A stretch of DNA of 32,000 nt from an uncultured Erysipelotrichaceae bacterium. Its GTDB lineage: Bacteria; Bacillota_I; Bacilli_A; Erysipelotrichales; Erysipelotrichaceae. The stretch spans positions 1,890,001-1,922,000 of the forward strand of contig OW818668.1 in NCBI GenBank assembly GCA_942493105.1, read 5' to 3'. Shown here piece by piece: positions 26,828 to 32,000 of the stretch. The position numbers were made by a program, and so were the translations under genes. Under the pieces are notes generated by a model. That model saw only the letters and a list, made by a program, of their open reading frames with translations, had not been told where the DNA came from and did not search any database. Position 1 is the first letter of the stretch. Every line of letters starts with the position of its first letter.

Positions 26828-26940
26828 GTTAACTCTCCTTTGAGTTCATCATAGGTAGAATCCAGTGCTGCAACAATCGCAAATATAGGCCACATATAAC
26901 TGAACAAGATGGTATAAGATTACATACGATTGCATATAAT

Positions 26941-27000
26941 TCTGCACGATAATAATACTCCGTGCAAATATCGTGCAAATGCCTCGTTTTTGACCATCAA
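26941..27000. repeat. Short repeats between int and tRNA-Leu: CGTGCAAAT x2, one inverted copy, and GACCATCAA
   Basis: CGTGCAAAT occurs at 26961-26969 and 26972-26980. TCTGCACGAT at 26941-26950 is the reverse complement of ATCGTGCAGA. GACCATCAA at 26992-27000 is one base shorter than the GACCATACAA repeats at 21938-22209 and 28876-28896. Confidence 0.5.
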
Positions 27001-27020
27001 TTTTTACCCAGCTAAATATG

Positions 27021-27045
27021 AAAAAAACCGCCTATTTATGCGGTC
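27021..27045 (-). terminator. Rho-independent terminator downstream of tRNA-Leu
   Basis: The minus strand reads GACCGC-ataaatag-GCGGT followed by T7. Confidence 0.7.
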
Positions 27046-27079
27046 TTTTCACTATATCCTTAGAATTACTTTAAATTAT

Positions 27080-27164
27080 TGGTGCCCGGGGACGGACTCG
27101 AACCGTCATGACTCTCGTCGGTGGATTTTGAGTCCACTGCGTCTACCAATTTCACCACTCGGGC
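27080..27164 (-). tRNA. tRNA-Leu(CAA), class II, with encoded CCA
   Basis: The reverse complement is GCCCGAGTGGTGAAATTGGTAGACGCAGTGGACTCAAAATCCACCGACGAGAGTCATGACGGTTCGAGTCCGTCCCCGGGCACCA. It has the anticodon loop CTCAAAA, a long variable arm and the T-loop TTCGAGT. There is one A-C mismatch in the acceptor stem. Confidence 0.9.
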
Positions 27165-27243
27165 ATTGCTTTATTATTCTATCTTATTGTTTAGAAAAGG
27201 TCAATTCTTTTCAGTATTGAATTTAATCAGTTATAATAAAAAC

Positions 27244-28665
27244 ATGACGATGAAAAAACTGCCCTTAATTGACAAAATTGCTTATGGATTTGGTGATCTA
27301 GGTAATGGGTTGGCCATGCAAGTGGTTGGATCTTATCTTGTTTTCTTTATGACTTCAATTTTACATATTCCTGGAACGATCGCAGGATTAGCGATTGGTG
27401 TCAGTATCTTTTGGGATGCAGTAACAGATCCCATCATGGGTTATATATCCGATAACACAAGATCTAAAAAGTTCGGAAGAAGACATGGTTACCTATTAAT
27501 AGGAGCCATCGGAGTATCAATCAGTATCATTGGTCTGTTCTTTATTCCTGTGGATTCCTCTTTGACTTTAAAAGTAATCTTGATATTTGGATTCATCATC
27601 TTATATAAAACAGCGATCACTGTATTGGTTACACCTTATACAGCTTTAGGTTCTGAATTATCAGGGGATTATTCAGAACGTACACAGATCCAATCCATTC
27701 GTTCAGTGTTTTTTATGATTGGAATCGCAGTGATGATGGTTGGTGGTATGTATGTCTTCTTTCAGCCCACAGTGAATTATCCGATAGGACAACTTAATCC
27801 CCAAGCTTATACTTCCCTTGCTTTATTTACTTCAATTGCTTCTTTGGGGACGATCTTGGTCGTGTATTTCAGAACACGAAAATACATTGGGCCTTTAAGT
27901 CAAAACCATGGCTTATTGGGTGAAACATCTTCAATCAAGAAAATCATACAAACATTTATGGATACCTATAAAAATAGAGCCTTTGTGTTTGTCGCGACAG
28001 CGTATATGTTTAGCAACATTGCAACGGCCATCGTCAATAATATCGGGATCCATGTGTTCACGTATACCTTTGGATTTACTTCGACCATGATCGCAACCGT
28101 TATTGGTGTTCAGTTTGTGTTCAGTATCCTCTCACAGCCATTTTGGGTTTATCTGGTAGGCAAAACTGATAAGAAGAGTGCTTTATTACTCGGTTTATTT
28201 TTAACCTTCCTAGCCACAGTTGTGTTCCTTTTGGTATCTGTCTTCCATACGACATTCCAACAAAACATTTGGATCTTTATGCCTTATGCGATTTTGGGTG
28301 GTGTTGGGACAGGTGCCATGTTTAGTATTCCCGCTTCTATGGTTGGAGATACGATCGATATTGAAGAACTTCAAAGTGGGACCCGGAATGAAGGGGTTTA
28401 CTTTGGAAGCATGACTTTGTTTTATAAGAGTTCGCAAGCCATCGTTGTCTTTTTCATTGGTGTTTTATTGGATGTGATCGGTTTTAATTCGCACATCACG
28501 GTTCAGGCTCCTTTTACTCAATTGGCTTTAGGTCTTATATTAAGTTTAGGGTGTGCCTTCGCAGTCATCATGTCGGCAGCCAGTATTTATAAATATCCTT
28601 TAACTAAAAACAAAGTATTAGAGATTCATAAACAACTCAGCATCAATCGCTCTCATAAATCTTAA
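27244..28665 (+). CDS. MFS transporter of the glycoside-pentoside-hexuronide (GPH):cation symporter type
   Basis: The ORF track starts at 27121, inside the tRNA. The realistic start is ATG at 27244 or 27250 (MTMKKLPLIDKIAYGFGDLGNG). The GPH-like motif is WDAVTDPIMGYISDNTRSKFGRR. About 12 hydrophobic segments are visible. No obvious SD. Confidence 0.85.
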   Translation: MTMKKLPLIDKIAYGFGDLGNGLAMQVVGSYLVFFMTSILHIPGTIAGLAIGVSIFWDAVTDPIMGYISDNTRSKKFGRRHGYLLIGAIGVSISIIGLFFIPVDSSLTLKVILIFGFIILYKTAITVLVTPYTALGSELSGDYSERTQIQSIRSVFFMIGIAVMMVGGMYVFFQPTVNYPIGQLNPQAYTSLALFTSIASLGTILVVYFRTRKYIGPLSQNHGLLGETSSIKKIIQTFMDTYKNRAFVFVATAYMFSNIATAIVNNIGIHVFTYTFGFTSTMIATVIGVQFVFSILSQPFWVYLVGKTDKKSALLLGLFLTFLATVVFLLVSVFHTTFQQNIWIFMPYAILGGVGTGAMFSIPASMVGDTIDIEELQSGTRNEGVYFGSMTLFYKSSQAIVVFFIGVLLDVIGFNSHITVQAPFTQLALGLILSLGCAFAVIMSAASIYKYPLTKNKVLEIHKQLSINRSHKS

Positions 28666-28733
28666 ACATTTATCTTTTATCTCAACTATCTAATGACAAT
28701 TCTCTCTACATTAGGTATAATAAAAAAGCACTT

Positions 28734-28821
28734 GGAGGATTGGCCGAGCGGTTTAAGGCACCATCTTGGAAAGGTGGCGAAGTGCAAGCTTCCGTGAGTT
28801 CGAATCTCATGTCCTCCGCCA
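28734..28821 (+). tRNA. tRNA-Ser(GGA), class II, with encoded CCA
   Basis: The sequence is GGAGGATTGGCCGAGCGGTTTAAGGCACCATCTTGGAAAGGTGGCGAAGTGCAAGCTTCCGTGAGTTCGAATCTCATGTCCTCCGCCA. It has the anticodon loop TTGGAAA, a long variable arm and the T-loop TTCGAAT. TATAAT at 28715-28720 lies upstream. Confidence 0.9.
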
Positions 28822-28829
28822 TAGTACTC

Positions 28830-28856
28830 AAAACCCGCTAAATCAGCGGGTTTTTT
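28830..28856 (+). terminator. Rho-independent terminator of tRNA-Ser
   Basis: ACCCGC-taaatca-GCGGGT followed by T6. Confidence 0.8.
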
Positions 28857-28896
28857 GATGGTTTTATGCAACTCTGACCATACAATGACCATACAA
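28855..28896 (+). repeat. TTGATGGTT followed by a tandem GACCATACAA pair
   Basis: The sequence is TTGATGGTT ttatgcaactct GACCATACAA t GACCATACAA. TTGATGGTT is the reverse complement of AACCATCAA, so the block is an inverted repeat around a 12-nt spacer plus one extra direct copy. The same arrangement, degenerate, occurs at 22169-22209. Confidence 0.6.
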
Positions 28897-28912
28897 CTTC
28901 TTGATAACCAGT

Positions 28913-29593
28913 TTATGTATTCAACTGGAAATCAATTAAGTTACGGATGTCACAATCTAAATACTCAATCTCATACTTTCTATTTATCTTTTTTATGAAA
29001 AGAACATTCCTTGTATTTGGTGCAATCAGATAGATATCATTCACAAACTTCTCCCTATCAACAATATTTTGAAGCCAAACTTCAATTGGGTTCCCTGCAC
29101 TAAAACGCGAAGCAAGGGACTCAGGTTCTTTCAAGACACACAGAGGAAAGAATAATACTATATTCTTGATTTTACAATGTTTAACAATCTTGATTTCCCA
29201 CTTCGATATGCACTCTATCATTTTTGGATCAGGAACATCAACTTGAAATTCACGTGAATTCAAACCAATCAAATTATTGAAAAGATTATGAAACTCAAAC
29301 AACCTTAGAGTGTATTGCCCATCTGATTTTATAATAAATTCATCCCAAAACACTTTGGGCAAGAAAAGTTTCGCATCCAGCGAATATCCCGTTTCAGTAT
29401 TTTCGAAATCCGGTTCCCCATGACTTTGACTCTTAACTAATGTGAAGGGACCCTTTCCACGAAACATGTATGAGGTGGAATTAATGATTTCCAAGACTAG
29501 ATTCTCATTGAATCCCTTTTTCCTTAACCGAAAAAAGTCGTCACTAATATTAATTTTTATTACCCCACTAATCAATTGTCCTCCACTGTTCAA
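28913..29593 (-). CDS. Hypothetical protein with a PD-(D/E)xK-like nuclease motif
   Basis: 226 aa. SQSHGEPDFENTETGYSLDAKLF contains PD, then 11 residues, then D-A-K, the spacing typical of restriction-endonuclease-fold active sites. The start is uncertain: TTG at 29593 or the internal TTG after GGAGGA. No other motif recognised. Confidence 0.5.
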   Translation of the reverse strand: MNSGGQLISGVIKINISDDFFRLRKKGFNENLVLEIINSTSYMFRGKGPFTLVKSQSHGEPDFENTETGYSLDAKLFLPKVFWDEFIIKSDGQYTLRLFEFHNLFNNLIGLNSREFQVDVPDPKMIECISKWEIKIVKHCKIKNIVLFFPLCVLKEPESLASRFSAGNPIEVWLQNIVDREKFVNDIYLIAPNTRNVLFIKKINRKYEIEYLDCDIRNLIDFQLNT

Positions 29594-29658
29594 TATTTTT
29601 TGAACAAATATCTGAGACTTATGGTCTCAGGCAACTGCGAATACTAATATTATTACAA

Positions 29659-32000
29659 TCAAATTATTTCTAAAAAACCTCGCTCGATTGCGTCTGGAAA
29701 CTTAAACTTCTTCTCACCGCTCTCAAAACTTATTAACATCAGGTTTTCATCAATTGATATCAGGGTACCTTCTCCAAATTGTAAATGACGCAATTTTGAA
29801 CCAGATTTGACTTTACTTATCTTCTTGGCATGACCGTGATCATGTTGTGGTGAAGGTTCTTTCACATTAATAAGACCAAAATTCTCTATATTTTTCTGAT
29901 CCAAAGTTATCATTGATTGTAGTGCACCTTTTCTGCCGGCGACATCTTCTTTTGAGCTCTGATTTTTATTTAATGAAGCGCTCTTTAATTGGTTCTTTTC
30001 TTGTGTTGAGACAATTATTGAAGATTTTTGAAGTGACGAAAGCCGATTGTAATCATCGAAACTTATTACAGTATCATAAAGTCCAATATTTTCACCAGAA
30101 TGTTTGTTTATTCCAGTATATCCTAAGCTAGCATCTTCGTAGCGCTTAAACTTGTAAATTGCATCATTCATTAACGATGCATTGAATAAGCCAATTGACA
30201 CTAGTAGTTCAAAATCTTTAACTTCGAGACCTGTAACTTTTCTAAATAGTCCCGGTTCGAGCTGAACAATTACTTCCTTTAAAGATCTTTCTCTGAAATC
30301 AGTAAGGTACATAAAAATTGGTACTCTTGTTGCAAACTTCAACAATTTTTCTTGAATTTGCTTTCGTTTGCTCTTAAATTCCTTTTCATCCTCAGTGAGT
30401 TTCCTCTTTTCACTACTTGGCAATTTACCAACACCATCCCTTTTCGCCTTCTTGACACCTTCAGATTTGTTAATAATCGTCTGAATCTCGGAATTTAGAT
30501 TTCGGAATCCCTCGATTTTTAAAAGTGCTGCCATCGCAACTGGGTTGGCCATAAGTCTTTGAAGAGTATCATTATCAACGTTTACTAAAAGTGCACTCTC
30601 CCAACGTCTTGCTAATAGTGTAGCCGATGTTCCAGCCATTGTGATATCTAAAATATCAGCTGCATCTACTTCTTTCATAGAACTACCATCATATGCAAGA
30701 ACAGGTAAAAAACTTATAAACTCACTTACTTTTTTTTCTGGATTATTCTCATTTATATTCAATCGACAACTATAATCCGCAATTTGCTTAAGCGCTCGAT
30801 CAAGCGCAAAATCAAATATATAGCATTCATGCTTTATGATCTCAAATTGTCCATTCTCGGTCGGAACTATCCATGGACTCTGTACTCGAAATGCCGCTTG
30901 GAAATATGTTTCAGGACTTGAAAGATTACGAAGCATAAATATGCCCGACCATGGTCTTACAGTAATTCCAGTGGTTAACTTTCCACACGAAAGAGTTATA
31001 GTCTTTGATTTCAAAGGATCTGCCATTGATTTTTGTACTGGCACTAATGCTGCTACACCAATCCCTGCACTTGAGCCCGCAGCGACATTTATCGAATAGT
31101 CTTTATAAAATGTGTTTTGTTTCTTTCTTAGTAAATTCCTCATAGCATAGCATGATGCCACATTAGGCAAGAACCATAATGTATGTGATAGTATATTTAG
31201 TAATCTAATATCGGAAAACGGCATTGGGGGTTTCTGATTTTTAAGTTTTAAATCTGCAATGGATGTCTCCATGTATGATCCTCTGATCAAATCAAGCCAT
31301 TTCTGAACATATTCTTCATAAACAAAGCAAGCATCATTTCCTTTTCCTTTAGCAGAAAAGAAGACATTCAAATCAAATTCATTGAACTCTCCCTGTAACG
31401 CGATTTGCCTAATACTTTCAGGTATTTTATAAGTTAAAAGAACCATTCTAGGCAAAATTGCATATGGATTACCAGTACCAATCCAATTGTTCTTTGCTCT
31501 TTGCTCATCAGAGTATGTCCAATTATATATTTGATCTTCAATAAATTCTCCTGAGTTTAATGCTCTAAATGGGGTCCCAGACAAGAAAAGGTAATATTTA
31601 GTTGTTATTGGTAGAAAGGTTTCGTTATATGCATTATCTGCTTCATCCTTTTTATATTCTTCTATGTTCAGTGAGTCATACTCATCTTCGTCTTCAATTT
31701 CGAATAGTTTCTTTGCATTTTCCCGCCATGCACCAAAATGATATTCATCGAACACAACTAAATCCCAATTTGTAGTATGAACCCATTCATTCTTAACTTT
31801 TATGCCCCCCGTTTCTCGATCGACTCCTAAATAATCTTGAAATGAGCCGAAACAGACGATTGGTTTGTCTTTATTCGATTGCTCATAAGTTTGCCCGTCG
31901 CGGCTTATAAACTGCCAACCTTCGAAATCTAGATGCGTCAAAAGGTCTTCTTCCCAAGCAACCTCAACTGCAGGTTTGAATGTTAAGACAAGTACTCTTT
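29659..32000 (-). CDS. Large SF2 (DExH/SNF2-like) helicase-domain protein, N-terminus outside the window, with a UvrD/PcrA-like C-terminal Tudor-type domain
   Basis: The frame stays open to the window edge (..RVLVLTFKPAVEVAWEEDLLTHLDFEGW). Motif II is VVFDEYH and motif III is FLSGTPFRAL. The later helicase motifs are GKLTTGITV and ETYFQAAFRVQSP. The last 40 aa, LRHLQFGEGTLISIDENLMLISFESGEKKFKFPDAIERGFL, follow the HxxFGxGxV...F pattern of the PcrA/UvrD C-terminal domain. Confidence 0.75.
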   Translation of the reverse strand, partial: RVLVLTFKPAVEVAWEEDLLTHLDFEGWQFISRDGQTYEQSNKDKPIVCFGSFQDYLGVDRETGGIKVKNEWVHTTNWDLVVFDEYHFGAWRENAKKLFEIEDEDEYDSLNIEEYKKDEADNAYNETFLPITTKYYLFLSGTPFRALNSGEFIEDQIYNWTYSDEQRAKNNWIGTGNPYAILPRMVLLTYKIPESIRQIALQGEFNEFDLNVFFSAKGKGNDACFVYEEYVQKWLDLIRGSYMETSIADLKLKNQKPPMPFSDIRLLNILSHTLWFLPNVASCYAMRNLLRKKQNTFYKDYSINVAAGSSAGIGVAALVPVQKSMADPLKSKTITLSCGKLTTGITVRPWSGIFMLRNLSSPETYFQAAFRVQSPWIVPTENGQFEIIKHECYIFDFALDRALKQIADYSCRLNINENNPEKKVSEFISFLPVLAYDGSSMKEVDAADILDITMAGTSATLLARRWESALLVNVDNDTLQRLMANPVAMAALLKIEGFRNLNSEIQTIINKSEGVKKAKRDGVGKLPSSEKRKLTEDEKEFKSKRKQIQEKLLKFATRVPIFMYLTDFRERSLKEVIVQLEPGLFRKVTGLEVKDFELLVSIGLFNASLMNDAIYKFKRYEDASLGYTGINKHSGENIGLYDTVISFDDYNRLSSLQKSSIIVSTQEKNQLKSASLNKNQSSKEDVAGRKGALQSMITLDQKNIENFGLINVKEPSPQHDHGHAKKISKVKSGSKLRHLQFGEGTLISIDENLMLISFESGEKKFKFPDAIERGFLEII

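Noticed and set aside
26828-26860. Similarity of CTCCTTTGAGTTC upstream of int to the tRNA-Ser T-arm region (CTTCCGTGAGTTC) as a possible attR core
   Set aside because: The match is short, does not extend into the tRNA 3' end, and coincides with the integrase ribosome-binding site. It is most likely chance.
21600-27079. Search for a partial direct repeat of the tRNA-Leu 3' end (TGGTGCCCGGGGACGGACTCGAACC) marking the far end of the integrase island
   Set aside because: I could not find any convincing copy by eye in 21.6-27.0 kb. I therefore do not claim tRNA-Leu as the att site. A proper alignment search is needed.
26930-27243. ORFs 26930..27220 and the 5' part of 27121..28665 on the plus strand
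   Set aside because: They run antisense through tRNA-Leu and its terminator. The transporter's recognisable sequence begins at MTMKKLPLIDK (27244).
27232-27246. Leaderless mRNA for the GPH transporter (TATAAT at 27232-27237, only 6 nt before ATG at 27244)
   Set aside because: No acceptable -35 lies at 17-nt spacing (TTTCAG only) and there is no TG extension. The lack of an SD is noted, but the promoter call is too weak to report as a feature.
28686-28892. 68-aa ORF on the minus strand
   Set aside because: It lies entirely antisense to tRNA-Ser and its terminator.
287-31099. Numerous 60-100-aa ORFs antisense to or nested in larger genes
   Set aside because: Examples are 287..535, 1570..1782, 2611..2796, 2896..3180, 3359..3550, 3921..4448, 8178..8486, 8875..9087, 12808..13041, 15361..15552, 15729..15968, 16634..16825, 17138..17329, 20421..20744, 20722..20910, 22747..23496, 25763..26050, 26656..26907, 27908..28437, 29913..30131 and 30836..31099. 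All overlap better-supported genes on the opposite strand or in another frame. They lack SD sequences and have low-complexity, Leu/Ser/Phe-rich compositions typical of shadow ORFs in AT-rich DNA.
1-32000. CRISPR arrays, rRNA genes, retron or DGR-type repeats
   Set aside because: I saw no regularly spaced direct repeats, no rRNA-like sequence, and no reverse-transcriptase-like ORF or template/variable repeat pair. The only multi-copy short repeats are IS termini, the operator palindromes and the GACCATACAA/tRNA-Ser-derived blocks reported above.

Overview
Low-G+C bacterial chromosomal DNA, standard genetic code, with strong GGAGG-type ribosome-binding sites (Bacillota/Mycoplasmatota-like). No searches were run; every call rests on motifs read by eye. 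The window has three parts. (1) 1-9.9 kb, all on the minus strand: a lipid-handling cluster of patatin lipase, TetR, radical SAM enzyme, DegV fatty-acid binder, permuted NlpC/P60 (YiiX/LRAT-like) enzyme and the start of a GT4-like glycosyltransferase. This is followed by a fused ABC ATPase/FtsX-type permease and then a second, decayed copy of the module (TetR2, a radical SAM 3' remnant, DegV2). Further paralogues of the patatin and NlpC/P60 genes lie at 16.6 and 19.5 kb. Conserved 22-bp palindromes mark the TetR promoters. (2) About 11-23.6 kb: an IS graveyard holding ten IS3-family or IS256-family copies or fragments, nested, truncated or inactivated by single stops. An FMN reductase and a broken PAS sensor gene sit between them. 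(3) 21.9-32 kb: tRNA-associated accessory DNA. It contains a degenerate duplicate of the tRNA-Ser 3' end, terminator and GACCATACAA repeats, and a roughly 3.4-kb tyrosine-integrase mini-island beside tRNA-Leu(CAA). A GPH-type transporter and tRNA-Ser(GGA) follow. Last come a PD-(D/E)xK-like protein and a large SF2 helicase with a UvrD/PcrA-like C-terminal domain that runs off the window. The best candidates for something undescribed are the TetR-controlled radical SAM/DegV/NlpC-P60 lipid module (present twice, with one copy gutted), the helicase-nuclease pair downstream of tRNA-Ser, and the integrase mini-island with its acidic and RHH-like small proteins.
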